Below are positions 25,315 to 38,789 of a stretch of DNA of 64,000 nt, in pieces (within the stretch, counting starts at the first letter, position 1; the number at the start of each line of letters is the position of its first letter). The position numbers and the translations under genes were made by a program. This DNA is from Eledone cirrhosa. Its lineage: Eukaryota. The stretch is from contig OZ024761.1 of NCBI GenBank assembly GCA_964016885.1, positions 31,062,001-31,126,000 of the forward strand, written 5' to 3'. Under the pieces are notes generated by a model, which saw nothing but the letters and a program-made list of their open reading frames with translations, had not been told where the DNA came from and did not search any database.

Positions 25315-27593
25315 ATAGAGACCAAGAGGGAAGCTAGGCGACAAGTATACTTAGCTAGGAGGGAAGCAGAGGATAGAAAATTCAAGCATGTTTTGCAACG
25401 TGAGGACCAGAAACAGGAGGTGTTCAAGATTGCGAGGCAGTGTGTAGGAGAGAATTGTGATGTCATTGGAGAGAAGTGTATCCGGAATGATAAAGGTGAG
25501 CTTGCCCTCACAAGTGCTGAGAAGAAAGATGCATGGAAGAGCCATTATGATAGATTACTAAATGAGAAGAATGCATGGGAAGAAGAGACCCTACCCCAAG
25601 TAGACCCTATAGAGGGGCCAGCAGTACAAGTCAGCAGCAGCTTAGTAAGTAAGGCAATCAGAGATATGAAGATGGGGAAGGCAACCGGTCCATTGGGTAT
25701 AGCTGCCGAGATGCTGAAGGCATCTGGGTCTGTAGGTCACACTATAACCACACGTATTGTTAACCAGGTAATACTAGAAGGTGTCATACCAAAAGATTGG
25801 TGCAGTAGCATGATTGTCAACTGCTACAAAGGTAAAGGTGATGCACTAGATAGAGGAAACTATAGAGGTATAAAGCTGATGGACCAGGTCATGAAAGTAA
25901 CAGAAAGAGTTATAGCACAGTTGATTAGGGACCGGGTGAAACTAGATGAGATGCAATTTGGGTTTGTACCAGGAAGAGGCACCACTGATGCCCTCTTCCT
26001 TGTGAGGCAGTTACAGGAAAAGTACCTAGCTAAAAGTAAGTCACTCTACCTGGCATTCGTCGATCTCAAGAAAGCTTTTGACAGAGTTCCACGTGCTATA
26101 ATCTGGTGGGCTCTTAGAAAACTAGGAGTAGATGAATGGCTTGTAAAAGCTGTACAAGCCATGTATAGGGGAGCAGTCAGCAAAGTTAGGATTAGCAATG
26201 AGTATAGCGAGGAATTTAGCGTACAGGTTGGTGTCCACCAGGACTCTGTTCTTAGCCCTCTCCTGTTCATCATAGTCCTGCAGGCAATAACAGAGGAGTT
26301 TAAGACCGGATGCCCATGGGAACTCCTATATGCAGATGACCTCGCACTTATAGCTGAATCTATGGTAGAACTAGAGAAGAAATTCCAAACTTGGAAGCAG
26401 GGACTAGAAAGAAAGGGTCTCAAAGTCAACATGACAAAGACTAATGTCATTGTAAGTAGACGAGAAAACAGAACCCAGATCCCCTCAGGGAAATGGCCTT
26501 GCTCAGTATGTAGGAAAGGTGTAGGTAGGAACTCCATTCTCTGCCCCAAATGCAAACAATGGGTACACAAGAGATGTAGCGGGATCTCAGGAAGCTTAAT
26601 TAAGAATGTAGGCTTCACATGTAGCAGCTGTGCTGGGGCAGCAAACAGCCACATGAAACAAGTACCACCATTCTCTGGGAGGGCTCTGTAGAAACAGTAG
26701 ACAGCTTCTGCTACCTAGGTGACCGAATTAGCAGCGGAGGTGGGTGTTCAGAAAGTACAATAACTAGGGTAAGAACGGGATGGAAGAAGTTCAGGGAACT
26801 ACTGCCACTGCTAGCTGCAAAAGGCTTCTCCCTCAAAATGAAAGGCAGACTGTATGATGCGTGTATCCGAACAGCAATGTTACATGGTAGTGAGACCTGG
26901 GCGCTGAAGATGGAAGACTTACGTAGATTAGAGAGAAACGAAGCCTGTATGCTCTGATGGATGTGTAATAGTAATATATGCGAACGGCAAAGCATAAATG
27001 AATTGAGAGAGAGACTGAGCATAAGAGGAATCAAGTGCTGTGTGCAGGAGAGGCAGTTGTGTTGGTATGGACATGTGATGCGTATGAAGGATGACAGCTG
27101 CATAAAAAGGTGCAGAGCACTAGAAGTCAATGGAAACCGCGGAGTGGGGAGATCCAAGAAGACCTAGGATGAGGTGATAAAAGCTGACCTTACCCAATTA
27201 CACCTCTCAAAGGTGATGACACAGGACCGAGACCTCTGGCGTCACGCAGTAATACAGAGTACCCGACCTCCCATGGGTACAAGCTGAAGCATATAGACAA
27301 TATGCCGCCAAACCCTCCCACTGCAAAGTGGTCGTGGAGGTGCCACGGCAAAAAAGCACCCAGCCCACACTGTAAAGTGGACGTGGAGGCGCCACGGAAA
27401 AAAAGCACCCAGCACTCACTGTAAATGAGGTTGGTGTTAGGAAGGGCATCCAGCTGTAGAAATCAAGCCAGAATCAGTTCCTGTATGAGCAAGGCATGGT
27501 CAGCCGACCAGACACTGCTCACAACAGGACAACCCGTCTAACCCATGCTAGCATGGAAGAACGGACGTAAAACGGTGATGATGATGATGATGA
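25315..27593 (+). mobile_element. 5'-truncated RTE-clade LINE inside the PDX2 intron
   Basis: ORF 25393-26691 with RT motifs (NYRGIKL, FVDLKKAFDRVPR, VHQDSVLSP, LLYADD) and a Cys-rich region; frameshifted C-terminus; (GAT)n tail. Confidence 0.95.
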
Positions 27594-27644
27594 ATTCCTG
27601 TGATATAGAGCTAGCAAATATAATCCTAGTTTATATGATTTCAG

Positions 27645-27983
27645 ATTGGTGGACTTGATGTTGTGGTTTCCCGAAACTATTTTGGTCGACAAGTGAACAG
27701 TTTCCAAGGAAAGGTAAAAATTGTGGAGAAGGACCTTTTCAAAGAAAACACACCTAGTTATTGCGAAGGTGTCTTTATCCGTGCCCCTGCAGTTATTAAA
27801 GTAAATAGCCCTGAGGTTTCCACTCTTGCTGTCCTGCCACATTCTTTGAAAGAAAAGTCTGACACCATCGTAGCTGTGAAACAGAAAAACATTATAGGTA
27901 CAGCTTTCCACCCGGAGCTAACCGAAGATCTGCGGTGGCATGAATATTTCCTGAAGGTTGTCCTCTCGGCACAGAATCACTGA
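27645..27983 (+). CDS. PDX2: PDX2/SNO coding exon 2 (112 aa + stop)
   Basis: Acceptor gatttcag|ATT; IGGLDVVVSRNYFGRQVNSF, GVFIRAP, GTAFHPELTED (catalytic His and Glu); in phase with exon 1. Confidence 0.93.
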   Translation: MGGLDVVVSRNYFGRQVNSFQGKVKIVEKDLFKENTPSYCEGVFIRAPAVIKVNSPEVSTLAVLPHSLKEKSDTIVAVKQKNIIGTAFHPELTEDLRWHEYFLKVVLSAQNH

Positions 27984-28329
27984 TACTTGTTTCATTACAA
28001 CGTTGATTGTGATATTTTCAATGTGTGCTGATTGATATCAAAATTTACAACACTATCAACATCAACAAGAGTTTTAAGGCCATTTTTTCCCTGCTGAAGC
28101 AAGGGTTAGTTTTGTGGACCCTTTAACAAGGAGGTAAATATTTTACGGCTGGATGCCCTTCTTGGCACCAACCTTTTTATTTGCCTCATGATACACAGGA
28201 ATAGAGTGTACCTATTATATACCGTATACACACTCAATACAACAACAAAATATATATTAATATAAACAGACATTGTTTATATAAAGCTGATCTGTCGAAC
28301 TTTTACGAAACGCTGAGGACATAAAGTTA

Positions 28330-28942
28330 ATATAAAGAGTGGTGTGCTCATGCACAGAGATGTTATAAAATAGCTGATAAAAGAGGGTGAAGATCCTTAA
28401 AGATGGAAAAAGAAGTTATTGGCTGCTACAAGGAATCGAACCTCATATCTCCCTAATATCGGGTATAAAATTACTCTATATGTACTATTATATTTTGACG
28501 GTAAAGGCTTTGTTTCACATAATTATCTCACATAATATAGAATCTATGAGATTTTGATGTTATTTATTTTGAGAACAATACCTTAACATCAATACGAGTG
28601 GCTAGTTACAGCCGGTTTGAACAGAAAGAGGTGAAAGAATTCTGGCTGGATATGGCCGGTTTAAATGCTAAAGGGTTAAGGTGAAGACCCTTAAAGATAG
28701 AAAAAGAAGTTGCCATTGGCTGTTATAAAGACTCAAACCTCATCTCCCAGATATCGGGTCAGCAGTTGAACCATTAATCTAAATGATTCAAAGCACCAAG
28801 CTGGTATGTGGAAGATATGAGGTTTGGTTTCTCAGAAGCTGATGGCAACTTCTTTTTCCATCTTTGAGGGTTTTCACCCAATTTTATAAGCTATTTCACA
28901 GCATCTTCGTGCATGAGTAATGAGTGCACCATACTTTATATT
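28330..28942. mobile_element. Fold-back element (about 120-bp imperfect arms) with nested piggyBac-like MITE fragment
   Basis: ataaagagtggtg..ctcatgcac...aagatggaaaaagaagtt versus aacttctttttccatct...gtgcatgag...caccatactttat. Confidence 0.65.
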
Positions 28943-30287
28943 AAATGTATTAATATATATTTTATAATATTTATACCAGAGTTTTAATTTCTATTTGCGT
29001 AAATTTTGAAGGTGTGATATGAAAATTCCAACAACAACAAAAATTACATATATTAAAATATATTTTTTTATATTTATACCAGAGTTTAAGTTTTTATTCT
29101 TGTGAATTTTCATTGTTTTTTATCATCATCATTATCGTTTTTATGTCTGTTTTCCCATGCTTACAAGAGATGTATGTATGTATGTTTTTTGGTGGGGAGC
29201 AAAAGATTCTCAGTCTTCATTAAAACATCTTTCTAGGAGAAGGTCACTCTGATATATAAAACCTGCGACTTTGTTTGCATCCAATGATACGGACCAGTTC
29301 TTTTTGGATAAATATTCAGAGAGAGGGATTGGTCCTGTGCAAAGCCTTTCCTCACTTAAAAAAGCCTCAAGCATAGACATTGCTTGTATGGCATTGCTGG
29401 CCATGGGCAAGTCCCTAGTACGATTAAAAAGGCATGTCTGTGATGCTCATGCTAAAGTATCAAGCGATGGCATTACTCGAAATTGAGTTGCCACCATCAT
29501 GTATGTATATACATATGTATACAAAGAAGAGCTAGCAGAAAACGACAAGCCAAGACCTATATCAACCAGATTTGTGACAACATAAGCTGCAACCCTTCTG
29601 ACCTGCCGAATATGATGAACAATAGAGTTAGATGGCAACTGAGAGTCAAGGGAATCTGTGCAAGCAGTGTGGCCTATTGATTAATATATATAGATGTAAA
29701 CATTATGAACAAGTGTGGAACAGTGGACGTAAAACGATGATGAATGACGAATGATGATTTAGTATTTGGTGAAAGGATAATTGTAAACTGACTTATGATT
29801 TTAAACGACTGACCCACATTTCTAGCCAAACAATGGCATCATAAGAATTGGGTGGGAATGATGGTAAAGTCCATACTTTATAGAGAACTATAAAGTATGG
29901 ACTTAGAGAATTTCTATACCATAGACAGATATTTATTGCTATATGATGATGATGATGGTGGTGGTGCTTGTGGCAGTGGTGATGATGGTGGTGGTGGTAG
30001 TGATGGTGGTGATGATAATGATTGCTAATCCATTACTAATGTAGGGTACATACAGTAAACCAGTGGTGAAATAACATGCACCCAGTCCATGCTGTAAAGG
30101 AATTAGGAGGGCCATGTAACCATAATAAGAACCATGCCCACCAAAAAAAAGGGGGAATGTTGAGGAAGGAAGCAGGTATGTGAAGCCCCATAGCAGGCAA
30201 CCCTTCTATAAATATGAAGTTAGAGGGTATCTAACACTTGCCACAGCCATCTTCAGCATCATTTTAGGTCCGTTGTTCCAGGCTTGA

Positions 30288-30600
30288 AGGCGCATGGTTT
30301 AGTGGTTAGAGCGGCGGGCTTACAATCCTGAGGTTGTGAGTTCGATTCTCCGACTGGGTGATGTGTTATGTCCTAGAGCAAGACACTTTATTTCACGTTG
30401 CTCTAGTTTACTCAGCTGTAGAAATGAGTTGATACGTCACCTGTGCCAAGCTGTATCGGCCATTGCCTTTCCCTTGGACATCATCGGTGGCGTGGAGAGG
30501 GGAGGCTGGTATGTATGGGCGACTGCTGGTCTTCCACAAACAACCTTGCCCGGACTTGTGCCTTGGAGGGGAAATTTCTAGGTACAAATCCCATGGTTAT
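30288..30600 (+). mobile_element. tRNA-derived SINE (related head, different 3' body)
   Basis: ggcgcatggtttagtggttagagc...gagttcgattctc...agcaagacactttatttcacgttgctc. Confidence 0.7.
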
Positions 30601-31185
30601 TTGCGACCAAAGCTTGTCTTTACCCTGTTCCATGCTTGCAAGGAATTTTGCTAGCCTTGTGCCTAAATTTTAAAAAAATCAATATTTGAAATTCGTGAAA
30701 CATTAAAGAAAAAATGTATTTATAAAAAAAATTAAAATCATTGACTAGTTAACATCGGGTGATGAAGAAAGATAACTGTGAGTGATTAAACAGATTTATT
30801 TCCCTTGCATATCGTTTCCTCTTTATCAATAAAGATGTCTGCCAGATGTGGAAAGAAGTGAAAGAAAAATGAGACGGGAATCATCTCAAGAAATCCTAAA
30901 CGTAGGAGGTACGGCGTTCGATCTTTCCTTATAATTTTAGATATAACGGGAGGTGTTTATAAACATAAGTAAATCTTCCTAGTTGACTTTAATCATAAAC
31001 TATATCCAAGAAACAATTGTTTGAAATAAACGCAAGCCTTAAGTTTTATCTACAAAACATTAAAAAGGGGGGCGGCGAGGAGTGAGGAAGAAAATTGTAC
31101 TTTACGGTTAGTGTTTATGTGTCTGTTAAAAATGCTTTTGCTGCTGTTTTTAGTAAAGGTAAAATGTCGAAATGTTGTATTAGTC

Positions 31186-31468
31186 ATTTTTTTCACGCTC
31201 AGGGTTGCTGAAGCATGGAACAAACTCCCTGCATCAGTTGTTAACTGTCGAAACACTGCATCCTTTAAAACCTCCATGCTTCCTGAGATTCGCCAAACAC
31301 TACACCTAATATTCCCCTTCCATACACACGCACACATGTATACCATGACTGATACACTATTCACTTCCCTGACATTTGTATATTATTCTATGTACTATAC
31401 ATACACCTTTGATGAGTTGTAGTGCACCTGAGCACTGTACACAATAATTTCATTATTATTATTATTAT
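31186..31468 (+). mobile_element. 3' end of the CR1-like LINE seen at 8250-9690
   Basis: FFTLRVAEAWNKLP and gtagtgcacctgagcactgtacacaataattt(cat/tat)n. Confidence 0.8.
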
Positions 31469-31649
31469 TGACTTTCCGTAGACCACTAAAATTGACATGC
31501 TTATTATATTAATCCTTTCAACGTCTAGCTGCTTCTGATTCTTAAAAAAAAAACCCCCAGTTGTTTTCAAGTGCGTATGTTTAAATGAAAATCCTCCATC
31601 ATCCTGCCAGTAAAAAAACACACCTTCAGTTTTATCACAAACAAATACC

Positions 31650-32015
31650 GGGGATCGTCAGGCCGCCTTCTCTTCACACCGGTCTCCGTCGAGACCTCAG
31701 ACGTCATCGGACTCAGTACTGCTGAGCTCCTCGGCAAGATCGGGACGTCGACAGCCCGTGTAAGGAAGGAACCTCGCCCCACGAGATGGGTTGGCTGTTG
31801 CAGCGGGTATCGCTGGGCAATGTCCGCGGGGCATAGCCCAAACATCGCCGCGCCCTAGACCCAGAGCCCACCACCCTCTCCCTTTCCATTTCTCCCTTCT
31901 TTTTTCTGTGGCCCTAGAGTTCTTACTTTTCCTCTCATTTATGGCTTTTATAGTCCTTTCCCCAATACCCATACAGCCAGATCTGCCCTTCTTTACCCCT
32001 TCCCCATTTTCTCAT
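31650..32015 (+). mobile_element. GC-rich fragment related to the 5' part of the L1/Tx1 element
   Basis: gccctagacccagagcccaccaccctctcccttt resembles the reverse complement of 17720-17800. Confidence 0.45.
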
Positions 32016-32183
32016 TAGATACATGGGATTTAATATTTTTTTCCTTGGCTTTAAGCTATTTTGTAAAACAACCCCGTTTGTCTATGTTAAGTAACCAATT
32101 CATTCCTTAATTTAGTAACAGGGTGGTTACTTAATCGTCATTCCCTCTCAAGGTCTGAATACAGTTGATTTCTTCCAGAGTTC

Positions 32184-32214
<31 letters not shown>

Positions 32215-32770
32215 ACGTGAGAGAGTTCAAGAGAGATAGATAGAGGGAGAGTTATAGAGAATTTAAGAGAGAGAGAGAGATGAGTTCAAGAGAGAGGGAG
32301 AGAATTCAAGAGAGAGAAAGTGAGAGAGTTCAAGAGAGATAGATAGATAGAGAGAGAGTTATAGAGAATTCAAGAGAGAGAGAGAGAGTGAGAGAATTCA
32401 AGAGAGAGGGGGAGAGTTCAAGAGAGAGAAAGTGAGAGAGTTCAAGAGAGATAGATAGAGAGAGAGAGAGTTATAGAGAATTCAAGAGAGAGAGATCAGT
32501 TCAAGAGAGAATGAGAGAATTCAAGAGAGAGTGAGAGAGAGAGAGAAGGAGAGTTCAAGAGAGAGAGAGAGAGAGAGAGAGAGTTATAGAGAGGAAGAAT
32601 AGATCCACAGTTCTGGACTGATGTTTTTTTTTTTATCGACCCCCAAAATGATGAAAGACAAAGTGGGCACCAGCGAGATTTGAACTCAGAACACAGAGAC
32701 CCAGAATAAATATCTATCACTCTAATAACTCAGCTAAATCTACCCCCTCGGAGGGACATACAAACACATA

Positions 32771-32970
32771 TATGAGGGGCGATTAAAAAGTTCATAGGCT
32801 GACCAAGATACTCTCATGGAATGACCAAATGAGGTTTATTTTTCAACATAGTCCCTGGAAAGAAACAATGCAATTATTAATAAGAAGAGCTGAAATTAAT
32901 GAATGCAAGATTTCACAGCTCTAGGATCACTCCTTCATAGTCAGCCTATGAAGATTTCAACCGACCGTAT
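32771..32970. mobile_element. Mariner-like MITE (second, shorter copy at 33214-33384)
   Basis: tatgaggggcgattaaaaagttcataggctgac ... gtcagcctatgaagatttcaaccgaccgta; internal sequence shared with 33214-33384. Confidence 0.6.
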
Positions 32971-33172
32971 ACATATATATCTGTGTGTGTGTATATATAT
33001 ATAAAAAGATTCAGGACCCCGACGGCTGAGCTCCGGCCGTTTCGACATCTAGATTCGATAGTATATATATATAATTTTTCGGCTCTGTTTGACTACATTG
33101 AGCTATACCTTTTACTGTCATTTCTATAATACGAAGAGGGTGTTTAACTCTAACACACTCCAGTATTTTAAC

Positions 33173-33216
<44 letters not shown>

Positions 33217-34336
33217 GAGGGTCGGCTGACCAAGATACTCTCATGGAATGACCAAATGAGGTTTATTTTTTCAATATAATCTCCGGAAAGAAACAATGCA
33301 GTTATTAATAAGAAGAGTTGAAATGAATGCATGCAAGATTTCACAGCTTTAGCATCACTCATTCATAGTCAGCCCACCTTCGTATAAATACAAACATATG
33401 CACATATTCCTTCACACGCAAACATGTACACAATTACTAAGTTTATCCAATAAAAGTGGTGATATATGGTTTGTTAGAGACTAAAGGCCGTTGTTTAGTA
33501 TATTTCTTGTATTGTTTGAGATGAAAGACCAACGTAAAGATTGGCCCGAGTCACTTGAAATGAGGAGATATTCTTTAAATTTATTTAGAGACGCCACAAA
33601 GAAAAAAAAAAAAAGAAAATGGATCGATCCAGAGAAACACGAATATATATATATATATATATATATATAATAAAAGGCCTCGGGCGCACCCGAACTACAC
33701 CGATGTCCTGTAATTCAGCACCGAAACATCGGCCCGGGAAACATTTACAGCTGACGATGGAAACTCCTTTCTTCCTTTCTCCTCCTGTTCTGTCCTAACC
33801 ACCATCCTAAACCTATGTTTTTAGTAACCACACAGCTCCTTTCGTTTCATAACTTTATATATATATATATATATATATACACAAAAAAACACACACACAT
33901 ACATATATATATATACATACACAATCCACCCCTAGCCCTTAAATCTCATACTTGTACCCCCCCCCCCCCCAATTAATCTCTTATTGCTTTTTCTTTTATC
34001 TGTCACTACATCAGACCCTCTACACGTATCTATGTGTATTTCGAATTTGACTTTTCATGTTAGCACTAAACCCACCAAAGAATCCTTATAAGAACACTTA
34101 CTCACCACCACCACAAACATACTCTGTACTTACATGCTCTCACTTATCCTTATTTATTTCTTTATATTTTCCATTTTCTTATTCTTTTTTAATGTATCTT
34201 ACCTTATCTTTTACTTTTTACACCTGTAACTTCTCTACCTATTTACCATATATATTATATTATTGATGTTATTGTTTTGATTATACGCTACTCTTCTATA
34301 TATATCTTGCCTCGAGTGAATTATTTTTATATCTAC

Positions 34337-34447
34337 GTACTCTGATGTGTTGATCAGAGGTAAATAATGTATTGGAGATCGATTGACGCAACTTCAGGCG
34401 ATTAGCGACCTCTAGACTCACCTGATCAATGAAACAATTGTCAGTAC
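34337..34447 (+). ncRNA. Hammerhead-like motif with greatly extended stem II and one core substitution
   Basis: gtact-CTGATGT-gttgatcag...(about 65 nt)...ctgatcaat-GAAA-CAATTG-TC-agtac. Confidence 0.55.
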
Positions 34448-34861
34448 TTGAAAGAAAGCCCCTTATTGTACAGACAACCATGTTACTCTTCATTATTTCA
34501 CTACATATATATATATATATACATACACACACATATATATACATACATATATACATACACACACACATATATATATATACATACACACACACACATATAT
34601 ATATATACATACATATATACATACACACATATATATATATACATACACACACACACACATATATATATATATACATACATATATATATACATACACACAC
34701 ACACATATATATATATACATACACACACACACATATATATATATATACATACACACACACACACACACATATATATATACATACAAGGGCGGTGCCCCAG
34801 CATGGCCTCAGCCGGATGGCTGAAACAGGTAAAAGAGTAAAAGAGTAATACATATATACAT

Positions 34862-34894
<33 letters not shown>

Positions 34895-36057
34895 CATACA
34901 TACACACAGGTAAATATATATATATATATATATATATTAGACATATATATATATACACACACACACATATATATATATTGCATCGTCAAGTATGAAATTT
35001 GTAGAAATTAGTTTTTTTTTTCTACTAATTTCATTCTTGATGACCCAATATATATATATATATATATATGCATGTATGTATATATATACATATATACAGA
35101 CGTGTGTGTGTGTGTGAAGTGAAAATAAGTGGGCGTGATGGGAAGAATATACCAAATAAATCTTGGCAGATCGTTAAACGAAACAATCAGAGAGGAGAAA
35201 GATAAGATAAGAAGACCAAAGAATAATATATCATCTAATAATTTCAGTTAGTTAGATGACCTTGTATGTATAATGATGGACCTTGCCGTGAATGGATATC
35301 CTTACAACAATAGAATATTAAAATTGAAAGAATTGCCAGTGGAAAAGCAAAAGAAAAAAAGATGTTTATTATTTTCACTCACTCTTAAAAAAAAAAACAC
35401 AACAAAAAAACGAATCAAAACAAAACAAACAGAAAAGGGTAAAAAAAAAACGAAGAAAAAAAAACAAACTAAAAACTAAAAAAAAAAGAAGAAAAAAAAA
35501 GCTCTCTAAAACGCCCAGGTGTGTAATGAGAGCCAAAAAAGAGTCAATTAACTTGATGATGGTAAAGGGATTCTGATTGTGCGGTAATTGATCGAAGGAG
35601 CATTTATCTAAACAATATTACAAGTAATTACTGGAAAAAATCTAAAAAAAATGTTCTGGAGATTTTTGCCAATATGGAAGCCGTCGGTGGATTTTCTGGC
35701 TATCTTGCCGGTTTTATTTGGAGGTGTAAACATTCTAGTCTCAGTTGAGTCGGTGCAGTTATTTTCCGCAAGGTTTTCAATTGAAACATATCGTAAACTT
35801 TTTTTGTCTTTCGATGCAGCCAAACAGAACAGCTTATTTTCTAACCAATTGTAAAGATGTGTGTGTGTCCCTCTTACTCTGTTTTCTCTCTCTCTCTCTC
35901 TGTTCCCTCCCCTCCTCTCTCTCTCTCTTTTTCTCTCTATACCTTGTGTTTTCTCTTTCTCTCTATCTGTGAGTTTTTGTTTCTCTCCCTCCCTGTGTTT
36001 CTCTCTCGCTCCGCCAGTGTTATCTCTCTCTCTCTCTCTCTCCGCCTGTGTTATTTC

Positions 36058-36101
<44 letters not shown>

Positions 36102-36631
36102 TCTGTCTGTCTCTCTCTAAACCTCTCTGTTTCTTTCTCTCCTCCTCTCTGTATAATTCTCCCCCTCTCTCTGTACGTGTGTGTGTTTCTCACTCCCCCT
36201 CTATGAGGAGAAGAGGCGAGGGACATCAAAGACAACGAAAGCGAAGGTGAAAACAACAAAGAAGGAAACCCAGTATTGTGTACTACGTACCTAGGTCTTT
36301 CAAATTCATGTTTTATCTATGTTTTCTTTTTTAAATTTGTTTTGAACAAAACCGTCTAAAATTGTTCATATTTATTTAACGGGTGTTTGAGGATATACCC
36401 TCTAGTGAGGAAGTAAATATCAGACCCGTCACCCCTACCAGTTAACTAAATAGCAAAAAATAAATAAATAATTAAATAAATACCAACATGTCTAGATTCG
36501 TTCAAAACTCACACACAAAACCCCCGTAAATTTCACCTCTAAAAAAGGAAATGGGTGTAATTGTAAAAAGAATACCTCATGTATATATATATATCTTGAT
36601 GTATATATATATATATATGTATATATATATG

Positions 36632-36686
<55 letters not shown>

Positions 36687-36770
36687 ATATATATATATAT
36701 ATTATAGTTAAAACAGAAAACAAAAACAAAGCGAAGAGTGCAGTACAAAGTGTTAGTATTAGGTTCACAC

Positions 36771-36803
<33 letters not shown>

Positions 36804-37072
36804 GGTGGGGTGTGATCGACTTTTGTCAAATCAGACCGAGGAAACAATGTTTCCGTTGGTCTTTCCAATTGCTAATACTATCTATCGGTCGCGACTCCAG
36901 GTAGAAGGAGCAACGTGAAATAAAGTGTCTTGCTCAAGGACATAACGCATCGCCTGGCCCAGGAATCGAACTGACAACCTCATAATTACGAATCCAGTTC
37001 TCTAACCAATCAGCCACGCGCCTTCGCTATATAGATGTATGTGTGTGTATATATATACATACACACTCACAC

Positions 37073-37286
<214 letters not shown>

Positions 37287-38500
37287 CATACTTCTAAGGC
37301 ATACAGTTGATCCCTGATTCGAATGAGCCAACTTACAGCAAATACGATACTTTGCGCATGCGTATTGCGAGTGTTGTTTTTTTCACCATTTTGATTCAGT
37401 ATTATTCCCAACTGCCTCACATCGCAGATCTTTTTATCTTACACCTTTATTTTATTAACCCCCTAAAATATGAAAGGCAAAGTTAGCAACCATTATAATT
37501 GACAATCCACCATAAGGAAGGATTTTTACCTAGATGAATTGAATTTGAGGAAAATAATTGTATGTATGTATCTTAGAATACTTCTAATATTACCATTTCT
37601 GTTGGGAATTTTGCTTAAATGAGCATCAAATATGATGCAATTTCATGTATTTTATTTTAATAGTGAATTATCGTATGTCTAAGTACCAGTCTATCTGTAT
37701 AATTTGCTTCGCAAATATGTGTTTTCGTATTCGCACTGACTGTATAGCTCCTTGGGCAAATGTCTTCTACGATAGGCCTGGGTCGACCAAACAGCATTGC
37801 GAGTGAAATATGGTAGACGGAAATTGCATGAGGAGGGGAGGGGGGGGGATCAGAGGGACCGTTACTGTTTTCGTGGGGGAGACTTAAATCATTGAATAAT
37901 TTAAGAGGTTTCGATTATTCACAAACAGATTATCCAGATAGTTATGTTAAACCATCTGGTTTAACATAATTATCTGTCCCTTGGTTATTTGTAGAAAAGT
38001 ACTCCTTTTTCTACAAGCATTCGTACTAGGTGCCTGATATGAAGACAATTCCATCTCTTCGTTCTTCTAGTCTGAGAGGCCCCTAAAAAGGGCCATTAAC
38101 GTTGCAGTCCCTTTATTGACGAAGCAGTATAAAAAAATGTGGTAAAAAATAAAGAATTGAACAGATATTTTTGTCAACAATTTTATAAACATTCTTTAAA
38201 ATAAAAAAGTTTGTGTTAGATTGTCTAACAGACATAGTATTTTAGAAAATACAAATATAATTAAATATTTCAGAATACTAAAAAAAAAAAAAAATACAAC
38301 GATTTAATAAACATAAAAATGAACGCCACCACATGAATTTCATCCTTTTATCTAAACTTCACAGCTTCAAAAAGTCATTTTTGTTTTGTGCATACTTTAG
38401 TTTTCTCTTAAATCAAGGAGGTGCCCCAGAATGGCCTCAGCCAATCGGCTGGAACAGATAAACAGTAAGAAATGAAGATCTCTCATAGAAGACTCCCCGT

Positions 38501-38521
38501 CTACAATTTAGTATGTTGGTT
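38501..38521 (-). CDS. HVCN1: Hv proton channel, terminal coding exon (NQHTKL-stop)
   Basis: Strong acceptor tttttcttcgttgcag, phase 0 matching the upstream donor; minus-strand AATAAA at 38112-38117. Confidence 0.6.
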   Translation of the reverse strand, partial: NQHTKL

Positions 38522-38789
38522 CTGCAACGAAGAAAAATATAATCTGTATTAGGAAATAGTATTTTACTAGAAGGCTACAACAATGCAAAATGGGACTATC
38601 AATTCGACATTGGGTTGGCACAATTGCTTGAATTAGTGAAGAAATCTATAAGTATGCATGTGTGGCGAACCCCTTAAATTCTAGCCATTAGAAAAAGCAA
38701 AACAAATGCTTCATCTTCGACGGAGGGAGGACTCACGAAGAAGAGAAGATCTTGATATTAAAAGTTAATTTAGAATTTTCTTTTTTTGT

